This document shows positions 9,883 to 19,048 of a DNA stretch of 42,873 nt, piece after piece. Position 1 is the stretch's first letter. Each line of letters opens with the position of its first letter. Position numbers and translations under genes: made by a program. Below the pieces are notes generated by a model. That model saw only the letters and a list, made by a program, of their open reading frames with translations. It was not told where the DNA came from and did no database searches. Origin of the DNA: an uncultured Alphaproteobacteria bacterium (GTDB lineage: Bacteria > Pseudomonadota > Alphaproteobacteria > JAPYRI01); NCBI GenBank assembly GCA_964405515.1, contig CAYOOG010000002.1:1-42873 (forward strand), read 5' to 3'.

Positions 9883-11033
9883 GCGACAAGGCCTAAATGC
9901 CGAACGGCCTCCGCCAGTTTTTCGATGTCGGCGTCCTCGTGCCCGGCGCTAAACGTAAAGCGCAGGCGGGAAGTGTCCTCCGGCACCGTAGGCGGGCGGA
10001 TGGCCGCCACCAGAAAGCCCTGTTCTTCCAGCAAGGTGGACGCCTTCAGCGCCGTTTCCGCATCGCCAACAATCATCGGCACGATGCAGCTCTCCGGAGC
10101 CGGCAGATTCAGAAGCTGTGCGAACCTGCGCGCCTTGGCCAATGGTGTCGCCGCCCACTGGGGATCGTCCTCAATCAACTCAAGCGCCGCGATGGCCGCC
10201 GCTGCCGCCGATGGAGGCAGGCCTGTTGTGTAGACGAAACTGCGGGCGCGGTTGCGAACCAAATCGATAACCGGGGCCGAAGCGCAAAGATACCCGCCAT
10301 AGGATCCAAGGGCTTTCGAGAGTGTGCCCATCTGCAGCGGCACTGGGCTCGCGCGCCCGTTTGCAAAGCAACTGCCCCGGCCGCCGCCCAGCACGCCAAC
10401 ACCATGGGCGTCGTCGGTCATCAACCAGGATTCATGGCGCGCGGCCAGATCGGTGAGTTCGTCAATCGGCGCCAGGTTGCCGTCCATGCTGAATACGCCG
10501 TCGGTAACGATCAGGCAGTGCTTGTGCCCCGATCTTTGTTCGCAAAGCAGGGCCTCCAGGGCGGCCATGTCATTATGGGCGAAGACGTCGATTCTGGCGG
10601 CGCTAAGGCGCGCGCCCGTGTGTATACAAGCGTGGCTCAATTCGTCGACCAAAAGCAGGTCTCCGGCGCCGACCAGGCAGGGAATGATACCGGTATTGGC
10701 CAGATAGCCGCTGCCGAAGACCATGGCCGATTGTGTGCCCTTCAGCCTTGCGAGCCGCGCCTCGAGTTCCGCGAACAGCGGGTGGCTGCCGGTCACAAGG
10801 CGTGATGAGCCGGATCCGGCACCGTAGCGCTCGACCGCCGCCTTGGCCGCCGCCTTGACCTTGGGGTGGTGGGTCAGATTGAGGTAGTCGTTGCAGCAGA
10901 AGGAAATCAGTTTCCTGCCGTTACGCATGACGTAGGCAGGCTCCAGGCGCTCGGTTTCCAGCACCTCGCGGCGCAAATGCCGCGATTCCAACTCTTGCAA
11001 CTGGTTCGCCGCGAAGCGATCGAGGGAGTCCAT
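9879..11033 (-). CDS. bioF: 8-amino-7-oxononanoate synthase
   Basis: [35 protein letters not shown] and AIRPPTVP motifs. Confidence 0.95.
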   Translation of the reverse strand: MDSLDRFAANQLQELESRHLRREVLETERLEPAYVMRNGRKLISFCCNDYLNLTHHPKVKAAAKAAVERYGAGSGSSRLVTGSHPLFAELEARLARLKGTQSAMVFGSGYLANTGIIPCLVGAGDLLLVDELSHACIHTGARLSAARIDVFAHNDMAALEALLCEQRSGHKHCLIVTDGVFSMDGNLAPIDELTDLAARHESWLMTDDAHGVGVLGGGRGSCFANGRASPVPLQMGTLSKALGSYGGYLCASAPVIDLVRNRARSFVYTTGLPPSAAAAAIAALELIEDDPQWAATPLAKARRFAQLLNLPAPESCIVPMIVGDAETALKASTLLEEQGFLVAAIRPPTVPEDTSRLRFTFSAGHEDADIEKLAEAVRHLGLVA

Positions 11034-11129
11034 TTGGGCTGTCTTGTCTCCGTCTTTTTGTCCGTTTCGCTACCGCTCATACAGTGTTATGGTCCCGCCC
11101 GCAATTTCGATTTTCATGGGAATATCTTG

Positions 11130-12131
11130 ATGACCATTAGCGCCGTCAACAGCGCCAAGCCCGTCGAATCCACAGGCGACGGCCCTCGTCACGATTGGAG
11201 CCGGGAGGAAGTGGCGGCACTTTTCGATCTGCCGTTTAACGATCTGCTTCATCGGGCCCAAACGGTGCATCGTAGCCACTTCGACCCCAATCAGGTGCAA
11301 GTCTCCATGCTGCTGAGCATCAAGACCGGGGGTTGCACCGAAGATTGCAAGTACTGTTCCCAGTCCGCCGCCAACGACACCGATGTAAAGGCGACCAAAC
11401 TGATGTCGGTGGACGAGGTCGTGGCCGAGGCCGCGAAGGCGAGAGACGCTGGCGCGTCGCGCTATTGCATGGGTGCGGCCTGGCGCTCGCCCAAGGACCG
11501 CGACTTGGGCAAGGTCGAGGAAATAATCGGGGCGGTGAAGGCCATGGGGCTGGAGACCTGCGTCACTCTCGGCATGGTGGACCGTGAGCAGGCCGGGCGC
11601 CTGGCCGATGCGGGGCTCGACTACTACAACCACAATGTGGACACGTCTGAAAATTTCTACAGCGAGATCATCACGACGCGCAGCTACGCCGACCGTCTGG
11701 ACACGCTCGCCAACGTGCGCGAAGCGGGGATCAACGTTTGCTGCGGAGGCATTGTCGGCATGGGGGAGGCCCGCCGCGATCGCGTTGATATGCTGCACAC
11801 GCTGGCCACCCTCGACGAGCATCCGGAATCCGTACCCATCAATCTGTTGGTGCAGGTAGAAGGCACGCCCCTTGAGGGAACACCAGCCCTCGATAGTTTG
11901 GAATTCGTGCGCACCATCGCTGTGGCGCGCGCCTTGATGCCCAAGTCCTATGTGCGGCTTTCCGCTGGCCGAGAGGAGATGAGCGACGAAATGCAAGCGC
12001 TGTGTTTCTTTGCCGGCGCCAACTCCATCTTCGGTGGCGACCGCCTGTTGACCACGGATAATCCCGGCACCTCGCGGGACCAGGAATTGTTCGAACGCCT
12101 GGGGCTGAAGCCGGAGAGCGCGGAGCTTTAG
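11130..12131 (+). CDS. bioB: Biotin synthase (radical SAM)
   Basis: [15 protein letters not shown] and PESVPIN motifs. Start set at ATG 11130 because the longer ORF from 10866 overlaps divergent bioF. Confidence 0.95.
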   Translation: MTISAVNSAKPVESTGDGPRHDWSREEVAALFDLPFNDLLHRAQTVHRSHFDPNQVQVSMLLSIKTGGCTEDCKYCSQSAANDTDVKATKLMSVDEVVAEAAKARDAGASRYCMGAAWRSPKDRDLGKVEEIIGAVKAMGLETCVTLGMVDREQAGRLADAGLDYYNHNVDTSENFYSEIITTRSYADRLDTLANVREAGINVCCGGIVGMGEARRDRVDMLHTLATLDEHPESVPINLLVQVEGTPLEGTPALDSLEFVRTIAVARALMPKSYVRLSAGREEMSDEMQALCFFAGANSIFGGDRLLTTDNPGTSRDQELFERLGLKPESAEL

Positions 12132-12149
12132 ACAGGCCATGTTCAGGTC

Positions 12150-13442
12150 ATGACCGATCTCTATTCCGGCCAGGCGCCGGACTGGCAAGAGGACGGTTAT
12201 CCCAACATTTGGATGCCCTATACCCAAATGGCCACGGCGCCCTTGCCTGTGCCGGTTGTGGCCACCGAGGGCGTGCGCATGGAACTGGCCGACGGGCGCA
12301 AGCTCATCGATGGTTTGGCGAGTTGGTGGTGCGCGGTACACGGCTACAACCACCCGCATATTATTGGCGCGATGAAGGCGCAACTGGATGTCATGCCCCA
12401 CGTCATGTTTGGCGGCGTCAACCATGAGCAAGCCTTGAAACTTGCCCGGCGTCTGGCGGCGCTGACACCCGGTGATCTGAACCGCGTATTCTTTTCCGAC
12501 AGCGGCTCGGTCGCGGTCGAGGTGGCGCTCAAGATGGCGGTGCAGTTTTGGCTCAACCGGGGCGAGGAGGGCCGCCACAAGTTTGTCTGCTTTCGCCACG
12601 GCTATCACGGCGACACCACGGGGGCGATGTCGGTGTGCGACCCCACGGGCGGCATGCATTCCCGCTTCAAGGGCTTTCTGCTGGAGCAATACCCGACCGA
12701 AGTGCCCCTGGACGAGGCGGGCTTTGCCGGCTTTGACGAGTTTGTCGCGGCGCGGGCGGAAAGCCTTGCGGGCATCATCATCGAGCCCCTTGTGCAGGGG
12801 GCGGGCGGCATGCGATTTCATGGGCCCGAAACCTTGGCATCTCTGCGCGCCACTGCCGACCGTCATAACGTGCTTCTAATATTTGACGAAATCGCGACCA
12901 ACTTTTGCCGCACCGGGACCATGTTTGCCGCCGACCAGGCCGGTGTTGTGCCGGACATCATGTGCCTCGGCAAGGCGCTTACCGGCGGCGTGATGACTCT
13001 CGCCGCCACCGTGGCGACAGAACAGGTGTTCGCGGCCTTTCTGTCGCAAAACCCGGAGCACGCCCTGATGCACGGGCCGACCTTTATGGCCAACCCGCTG
13101 GCCTGTGCGGCTGCGAACGCGTCACTCGATTTGTTCGAGAGCGAGCCCCGGGCCGAGCAGGCCCTGGCCATGGAATCGCAGATGCGCGAGGAATTGGCGC
13201 CCGCCAAAGATCTGCCGGGGGTCGTCGACGTGCGCGCCAAGGGCGCCATCGGCGTTATTCAGGTGGCGGAGCTTAAGCATCTGGATTGGCTGAAGCGCCG
13301 CTTCATCGATGAAGGCGTCTGGGTGCGTCCCTTCGGCGACTGCATCTACATCACGCCGTCGCTGGTGATGTCGGCGGACGACCTCACGACGCTTACTGCG
13401 GCGCTGGTCACTGTAACGGTCGAATGGGCGGAGAAGGGGTAG
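12150..13442 (+). CDS. bioA: Adenosylmethionine-8-amino-7-oxononanoate aminotransferase
   Basis: IWMPYTQM, SWWCAVHG, SGSVAVEVALKM, YHGDT, GKALTGG and HGPTFMANP motifs. Confidence 0.95.
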   Translation: MTDLYSGQAPDWQEDGYPNIWMPYTQMATAPLPVPVVATEGVRMELADGRKLIDGLASWWCAVHGYNHPHIIGAMKAQLDVMPHVMFGGVNHEQALKLARRLAALTPGDLNRVFFSDSGSVAVEVALKMAVQFWLNRGEEGRHKFVCFRHGYHGDTTGAMSVCDPTGGMHSRFKGFLLEQYPTEVPLDEAGFAGFDEFVAARAESLAGIIIEPLVQGAGGMRFHGPETLASLRATADRHNVLLIFDEIATNFCRTGTMFAADQAGVVPDIMCLGKALTGGVMTLAATVATEQVFAAFLSQNPEHALMHGPTFMANPLACAAANASLDLFESEPRAEQALAMESQMREELAPAKDLPGVVDVRAKGAIGVIQVAELKHLDWLKRRFIDEGVWVRPFGDCIYITPSLVMSADDLTTLTAALVTVTVEWAEKG

Positions 13443-13546
13443 GTCAATGGAAGAGATTATGGACAGGCTCACAATGGCAAGGGTTGCCTACCTGGAATAC
13501 AGCGCCGAATTGGCATAAGATGCACCGCCCATAACGGGGGTTCCCA

Positions 13547-15007
13547 ATGTCGTACAGATCAATTCTGTTTGTAGCTGCGGGGCTTATCGTCTGGTCCCTA
13601 TCAGCAGTGCAAATTGCCAAAGCTCAGGAGTTCGATGCCGGTTGCGTTAAGGGCATTGACCGGGATGGCAATCCGATGCCCTGCGATGCCAAACCTGAAA
13701 CCGGAAGACCGTTGCAACCGATAGACCCTTCCAGTCTTTCCGGGCTTATAAAAAAATCCGGATCGGTGGGACCGGCGGGGGAGCTAAGCGAGGAAGAATC
13801 CGAGCGATACAACCGGGTGCTGGTGCTTTGGGACGCCGCTCTTGAAGCCTCCATTCGGGGCGAGATGCAAAATGCCCTTTCCCTTTACCGACAAGCACTG
13901 GCAACAGGTGATCTGTTCGGCACAGAATCGACGGTGCGGAAGAATATGTCGGCGATCTATGTGATCTTGGCGACAGATGCCTGGTATCGTGGCGAGCTTA
14001 ATCTCGCCCTGCATTGGCTTGATGAAGGGATCAGTAATGATCCCGCAAATACGGAGATGCCGTATATGCGGCGGGGTTATCAGGAAGTGTTCAATGTTGT
14101 AAGCGCCGGCTTGGATTCCAGCCGGCGTACCGACTGGCAGATCGCCGCTTACTACTATCATCAGGCGTTGGCGCTGGAAGATCTGTTTGGTTACGAGGAA
14201 ATGGTTAGAGTGAATCTTGTCCATGTCTACGGGAACCTGGCGCGCGAAGCGTGGATATCCGGCGAGTACAAGACCGCACTGTCTTGGTTGGAAAAGGCGC
14301 TCAAAATCGATCCCGACAATCAACGGGTGAACGATATGATTGCGGCCATCAGTCGGGCGCAATCTCAAAATGCACAAGCGCCGTCGCCGGAAGGATTCTT
14401 CAAGCGAGTTGGGACATCCGTTTTTGGTAAGGGTACTGCGAGCACGGCGCCGGTTTCCATCAAAGGCAGACGGCCAGCCCTAAGTGCTGGGCTTGTCAAT
14501 TTACCCACGGTGCGCCCGGGCCAGTTTTCGGGAAAACAGCCACCCGCAAGCAGCCCTACGACCTATCGGCGGCCACTTAAAACGGGCACCGCCAAAACTG
14601 CGGCTCAAGTCAAAGCGCAAGTTAAGGCCGCGTATTCTTTTGCCGAAGCGCTTGAGCGCGAAGGGCACTTGGGCTTGGCATTTGAATATCAGTCGGCGGC
14701 ACTTCAAGTGGATCCTGATTGCAAACCTTGCGACGAAGCGTGGAATCGCTTGCTGGCGAGGCAACCCCTTGGTCATGATCCAACTCGGAGCTCCGCCCCA
14801 AACGGTTTGTTCATTGACGGGCTTATGGCCGTCAAGGCCGACTATGTTCTGAACGCTCTCGAGTTTGGGCAGGACGATTGGCAGGCCAGCATCAAATATC
14901 TGAAAGATATGGAGCGCCTGTTTCCACACTCTCGGCCGGTAAAGGAAGCCTTGGCGGAAGTCCAGAAAGCCTGCCGGACCGATACCAATTCAAGATCCTG
15001 CAACTAA
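13547..15007 (+). CDS. Exported tetratricopeptide-repeat protein
   Basis: Signal peptide (AKA-Q); TPR-like helices such as ALSWLEKALKIDPDN and AALQVDPDC. Confidence 0.75.
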   Translation: MSYRSILFVAAGLIVWSLSAVQIAKAQEFDAGCVKGIDRDGNPMPCDAKPETGRPLQPIDPSSLSGLIKKSGSVGPAGELSEEESERYNRVLVLWDAALEASIRGEMQNALSLYRQALATGDLFGTESTVRKNMSAIYVILATDAWYRGELNLALHWLDEGISNDPANTEMPYMRRGYQEVFNVVSAGLDSSRRTDWQIAAYYYHQALALEDLFGYEEMVRVNLVHVYGNLAREAWISGEYKTALSWLEKALKIDPDNQRVNDMIAAISRAQSQNAQAPSPEGFFKRVGTSVFGKGTASTAPVSIKGRRPALSAGLVNLPTVRPGQFSGKQPPASSPTTYRRPLKTGTAKTAAQVKAQVKAAYSFAEALEREGHLGLAFEYQSAALQVDPDCKPCDEAWNRLLARQPLGHDPTRSSAPNGLFIDGLMAVKADYVLNALEFGQDDWQASIKYLKDMERLFPHSRPVKEALAEVQKACRTDTNSRSCN

Positions 15008-15147
15008 TCCCTCCCAGGCTTCAATTTAAGTTCACTTGTATGGCCGCACCGGCGGAGCATGTCGGTCGCTCTCTTGGTTTCCGGCGTGAAGTGCCGACCA
15101 GATCATGCTATAAGGGGGAGCAGTAGCTTTCTAGTTGTTCCCAAGGA

Positions 15148-16578
15148 TTGGAATTCATGTGGAAGCTGTTGCGTAATCCAGATCATAGGCCAGAATGCAC
15201 CGCGATTTCCGGGCGGTGTGAGCCGCGCCTGCGCTTTGTTGGTCGTTTGTTAGTCCCAATTACTTTTGCAATCTTCCTTGGTCTTACAAACGTTGTCACC
15301 GCCGAGTCTATTGATCTGCGGGCAGGCGGAAAGCCGGGTGATTCATACACCGACGAAGTAGCCATTTCGATCATTGCGGTTTTTTCCCCTTCGTCGCCAG
15401 GAGAACAACAAGCCCGCTTCGAGTTTCGGAACAACGATACCTTTCAGTTTTTGGTGACAAAGATCGGGCCGGGGGGCAACGTATTCACCAAATTGAAAAC
15501 CAGCCGCATTGGACGTTTTGTCAGTATGAACGGGGGTACGGTCCTCGACTTTGATTCTGCCAATCCTGCTCATCGGCAGAGTGGAAGCACGAATCCACAA
15601 GCGGCGATTTTTCTTAACATGCTCGATCTTGAAGTGACGCATGAGTCCGATGCCACCGGCAGCATCGTGAGTTACGACGTGCAAGCCATAGATCCGATGA
15701 TAGGCAAGGCGCTAAAACCAATGCTTGATCAGGTTTTGGACAGTAGCATCATGATTGTTCCCGGCGGCTCTATAGAGGTCGGGCAGGGCTGGAGGGCCGG
15801 TCGCCGAAAATTCCAGTTTTCGGGCATCGGCGTACTTGAATACGGGATAATTGCAAGATTGCTGCGCGTCGAGCGGCGAAGTGGCGAGCGCTTGGCAATA
15901 ATTTCCCTGGAAAGTAACAATCCGGTTTACACAGCCGGTTCTTCAGCACCCCCTGGAACATTCCAACTCAAGTCGTTCTCCTTCGACGGTCAGGTGCGTT
16001 TCTCCTTGGACCGTGGACGCATAATCGAGCAATCCTCGACCGGCAAAATGAGCGCCCGGATTCAGGAGCAAGGCGGCCGGGAGAACGGCATGGATATTGA
16101 ATTCAAGTTGCTGGACAAGGAAGTTTCCGGCAGCCGGAGCGCCGCCCTACATAAAGCGCCCAGCGAACAGGGCCGCCCGAGCGCGGGCTTTGCCTGCGAC
16201 CCTTACGGCTCGTTCTGCTCTAGCCTTATATGTCGGCCCAATTCGTACTGCCGAGATGCAGTTGAAGGCGACGCCAAAGCCCAAGCTGTGGTGGGCTTCT
16301 GGCACGAGATAGGAAGTAACGACGCCGCTAAAGACGATGAGGCGGCCGTTCACTGGTACCGCAAGTCGGCGGAACAGGGCAACGCCGTAGGCCAATTGGG
16401 TCTGGGACATATGTATAGTCGCGGTCGGGGCGGGCTTGATAAGGATCTTGCCACGGCTGTTCGTTGGCTTCGCAAGGCGGCTGCGCAAGGTGACGACGAA
16501 GCCAAAATCCGCCTGGATAATCTTGGTTGCTATTGGCCGTCGACGCCAGTCACACCGTCGACGCCGGAATACTGTTAG
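15148..16578 (+). CDS. Exported beta-rich domain protein (DUF6263-like by eye) with C-terminal Sel1 repeats; start uncertain
   Basis: Hydrophobic signal-like segment ending VTA-E; DFDS, PGGSIEVGQGW and GQVRFSLDRGRI motifs; Sel1 motifs WYRKSAEQG and WLRKAAAQG. Confidence 0.7.
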   Translation: MEFMWKLLRNPDHRPECTAISGRCEPRLRFVGRLLVPITFAIFLGLTNVVTAESIDLRAGGKPGDSYTDEVAISIIAVFSPSSPGEQQARFEFRNNDTFQFLVTKIGPGGNVFTKLKTSRIGRFVSMNGGTVLDFDSANPAHRQSGSTNPQAAIFLNMLDLEVTHESDATGSIVSYDVQAIDPMIGKALKPMLDQVLDSSIMIVPGGSIEVGQGWRAGRRKFQFSGIGVLEYGIIARLLRVERRSGERLAIISLESNNPVYTAGSSAPPGTFQLKSFSFDGQVRFSLDRGRIIEQSSTGKMSARIQEQGGRENGMDIEFKLLDKEVSGSRSAALHKAPSEQGRPSAGFACDPYGSFCSSLICRPNSYCRDAVEGDAKAQAVVGFWHEIGSNDAAKDDEAAVHWYRKSAEQGNAVGQLGLGHMYSRGRGGLDKDLATAVRWLRKAAAQGDDEAKIRLDNLGCYWPSTPVTPSTPEYC

Positions 16579-16611
16579 TACATTTGGGTTGCCGACTGTC
16601 AGGGAGGGAAA

Positions 16612-17148
16612 GTGAAAATGAAAAAGACAATACTTTTTGCGGCGGCCCTGACCCTTTCTGCTTGCGAACAGGAAACAAGCGCACCGGAACAAGGCTTTCA
16701 AGGTGAAAAGCCCCCCTTTGGCATTGCCATGGCAACTCCGGTCGGCAAACTGGATGTTAAGGAAGACACGGGGAACGGATGGTTCGTTCTGAATTCCGTG
16801 CCGTTTCCCTATTATCTGGCCAATAAATATTCAGCGCGTGCCTCCAAATCGGCCGGCGTTTGCCAAATCGTTGCGGAGGGTGATCCCATAAACGATGAAG
16901 AAAAGGGGCTCGAGCGGTGGCTGACCGCCAGGGCCGAGATAGGCACATCATACGGCGATCAGGGCACGGCAATGTTTATTGGTTTTGAATCCTGGAGTGT
17001 AGAGAAGGATCCACTGCTCAAGAAACACAACATCCAACAAATTGCCGTAACAGGTGCGGCGACACGGTCTTCAACACAGCCAGGCAGTGTCTGGTATCCC
17101 CTGGAAATTACGGTGTTCTTCGAAAACAGGGATGAATGCAATGACTGA
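16612..17148 (+). CDS. Hypothetical lipoprotein
   Basis: MKKTILFAAALTLSA-C lipobox; GGAGG RBS upstream. Confidence 0.75.
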   Translation: MKMKKTILFAAALTLSACEQETSAPEQGFQGEKPPFGIAMATPVGKLDVKEDTGNGWFVLNSVPFPYYLANKYSARASKSAGVCQIVAEGDPINDEEKGLERWLTARAEIGTSYGDQGTAMFIGFESWSVEKDPLLKKHNIQQIAVTGAATRSSTQPGSVWYPLEITVFFENRDECND

Positions 17149-17185
17149 TAAGGCGTAGCGCTTGAGTAAGAACGGAGTACTGCCA

Positions 17186-17944
17186 ATGATTAGGAATTTG
17201 ACCGTCGCGTTCTTGTGCGCGATTCTTTCAATTGAACTGGTTCAAACAGCTTTAGCCGATGTTAACGCCGGACTTGCGGCCCTCGAACGCAAGGATTACG
17301 CGACCGCGTACAGGGAATTTAAGCCGGCGGCGGATCGCGGGCATCTGGGCGCGCAATACAATATTGGCCAAATGTATTTGCAGGGCTTCGGCGTTCAAAA
17401 AAGCGACGCGGAAGCCGCAAAGTGGTATCGCATGGCGGCGAATAAGGGGCTTGCCGAAGCGCAATACATGATCGGGCTTTTGACTCTAAAGGGCAGGGGC
17501 GTAAAGAAAGACGAACTCGCGGCATTGGACTGGTACTCGAAAGCCGCCGGGCAAGGGTTACCGTACGCGCAAGTGGCCTTGGGCCGCATCTATGAAGACG
17601 GCCCACCATCGACAATGCTCGGTACCGACATCGTCACCCGTGGCAGGCCGGACTACAAGAATGCCAAGAAATGGTTTGAAAAGGCGGCAAAACAGGGTGA
17701 CCGCTGGGGCCAATTCAGTCTGGGAATGTTACACGCGAAAAGCATGAATCGCATGCTGTATCCCAATGATCCACGGAAAACGGAGGCTTTTGCTGAAGCC
17801 TACGCGTGGTGGAACCTGGCGGCGAAGCAAGGCATTTCGGAAGCCAAAACCAACATGGACGCGCTCAGTGGCGACATGATCGCCTGGGACCGGGCCAAAA
17901 GATTGGCGAAGGAGTACGAGGCGAAATACCCAATCGGAAAGTAG
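17186..17944 (+). CDS. Exported Sel1-repeat protein
   Basis: Signal peptide ALA-D; repeated AQYNIG/WYRMAANKG/WYSKAAGQG/WFEKAAKQG; GGAG precedes ATG 17186. Confidence 0.88.
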   Translation: MIRNLTVAFLCAILSIELVQTALADVNAGLAALERKDYATAYREFKPAADRGHLGAQYNIGQMYLQGFGVQKSDAEAAKWYRMAANKGLAEAQYMIGLLTLKGRGVKKDELAALDWYSKAAGQGLPYAQVALGRIYEDGPPSTMLGTDIVTRGRPDYKNAKKWFEKAAKQGDRWGQFSLGMLHAKSMNRMLYPNDPRKTEAFAEAYAWWNLAAKQGISEAKTNMDALSGDMIAWDRAKRLAKEYEAKYPIGK

Positions 17945-18033
17945 AGCTGCTGAGGCAATTCATTACCCTGGGCCGTGGAAAAGTGTTACGATTTTCAGAA
18001 GCTTCGAGCTTACTTGGGAAGTGTCGGATCGCA

Positions 18034-18885
18034 ATGGCGGGAAGAATCGACTTTGTAAGAAGGGCCTGGGAGGGTCGGGAACCGCTTGGTACAGTGTTTT
18101 GGATCTTCCTTGCGCTGATTTCTCCGTGCCTGATCATATTTCTATTCTTTGTTTCCGCCGAATTCACAGCCTCGGTCTGTCCTCGTATTTTTGGGCAGCC
18201 GCGAGTCGTTATCCCCTGCTACATATTTGGCTCTGCTGAGACAATTGCTCTCATTTGTTATGGTATTTGGGTCTGTGGAGCGACGTGGAGATGCGCTTCA
18301 AACGAGAAGAACTCGAACAATAGGATTTTTGCCAAGTCCTGCGTGGCTATTTATGCCTTGGTCCTAATGGTTGGAACACCAGCTTGGCTGTATTTTCTTC
18401 TGGCGGTAACGCTGGCGCAAGGCCCCTCTCAAGCGGCTGATCAAGAGCCTGCACAAGCGCAGCTTAATCTCGGAAATAAGCATCGCGAGGCTAAGAATAT
18501 TCCGCCGGAATATGCAAACGAGGTTGAGTGGGTTCGATCAGTCGCCGAACAAGGGGAAGCAAAAGCCCAATACAATCTTGCAGTTGCCTATCGGGATGGA
18601 CTGGGTGTCCCTCAGGACAATGCCGAGGCGGTGAAGTGGTTTCAACTGGCGGCGGATCAAGGGTTCGCAAAAGCGCATTTCAACCTCGGAGCCATGTATT
18701 ACCATGGTGCGGGGGTTCCTCAGGACTATGTAATGGCTCATATGTGGTTCGATATCGGCGCGCGTGGCGGCGATGAGGCTGCCAAGAGGAGCCGCGATAT
18801 CGTTGCGGAAATAATCAACCCGGCTGACGTTGCCGAAGCCCAGCGCCTTGCTCGTGAGTGGCTTGAGCAGCACGAAGAGAAATAG
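18034..18885 (+). CDS. Membrane protein with C-terminal Sel1 repeats
   Basis: N-terminal hydrophobic helices (RRAWEGREPLGTVFW...), then AQYNLAVAY..G.GVPQD and AHFNLGAMY..G.GVPQD. Start is inferred. Confidence 0.78.
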   Translation: MAGRIDFVRRAWEGREPLGTVFWIFLALISPCLIIFLFFVSAEFTASVCPRIFGQPRVVIPCYIFGSAETIALICYGIWVCGATWRCASNEKNSNNRIFAKSCVAIYALVLMVGTPAWLYFLLAVTLAQGPSQAADQEPAQAQLNLGNKHREAKNIPPEYANEVEWVRSVAEQGEAKAQYNLAVAYRDGLGVPQDNAEAVKWFQLAADQGFAKAHFNLGAMYYHGAGVPQDYVMAHMWFDIGARGGDEAAKRSRDIVAEIINPADVAEAQRLAREWLEQHEEK

Positions 18886-18930
18886 TCCCACCGCCATTTT
18901 GCGCAGCGGCCGTTACGCACTTGATTTTGA

Positions 18931-19006
18931 TGGTGGGCGATACTGGACTCGAACCAGTGGCCCCCGCGATGTGAACACGGTGCTCTACCAACTGAGCTAA
19001 TCGCCC
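18931..19006 (-). tRNA. tRNA-Val(CAC)
   Basis: Reverse complement is GGGCGATTAGCTCAGTTGGTAGAGCACCGTGTT-CAC-ATCGCGGGGGCCACTGGTTCGAGTCCAGTATCGCCCACCA: 76 nt, cloverleaf, encoded CCA. Confidence 0.97.
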
Positions 19007-19019
19007 GGAAGCCGGTTTT

Positions 19020-19048
19020 CTAATAGGCGCGGGGCCCATCTCTGTCAA
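19020..19048 (-). promoter_or_regulatory. Putative sigma70 promoter for tRNA-Val
   Basis: TTGACA-17 nt-TATTAG ending 13 nt upstream of the tRNA; the -35 overlaps the gph stop codon. Confidence 0.6.

Noticed and set aside
10866-11129. N-terminal extension of BioB in the ORF track
   Set aside because: It overlaps the divergent bioF start; the BioB-like sequence begins near ATG 11130.
11070-12866. 598-aa antisense ORF over bioB/bioA (similarly 20360..21832, 23328..24920, 28139..29260, 32114..33646 and 37577..38548)
   Set aside because: These are shadow ORFs opposite well-supported genes, expected from high-GC codon bias, and they carry no recognisable motifs.
13443-13546. attL/attR direct repeat of the tRNA-Val 3' end, or an integrase
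   Set aside because: I found no second copy of TGGTGGGCGATAC and no recombinase ORF in the window.
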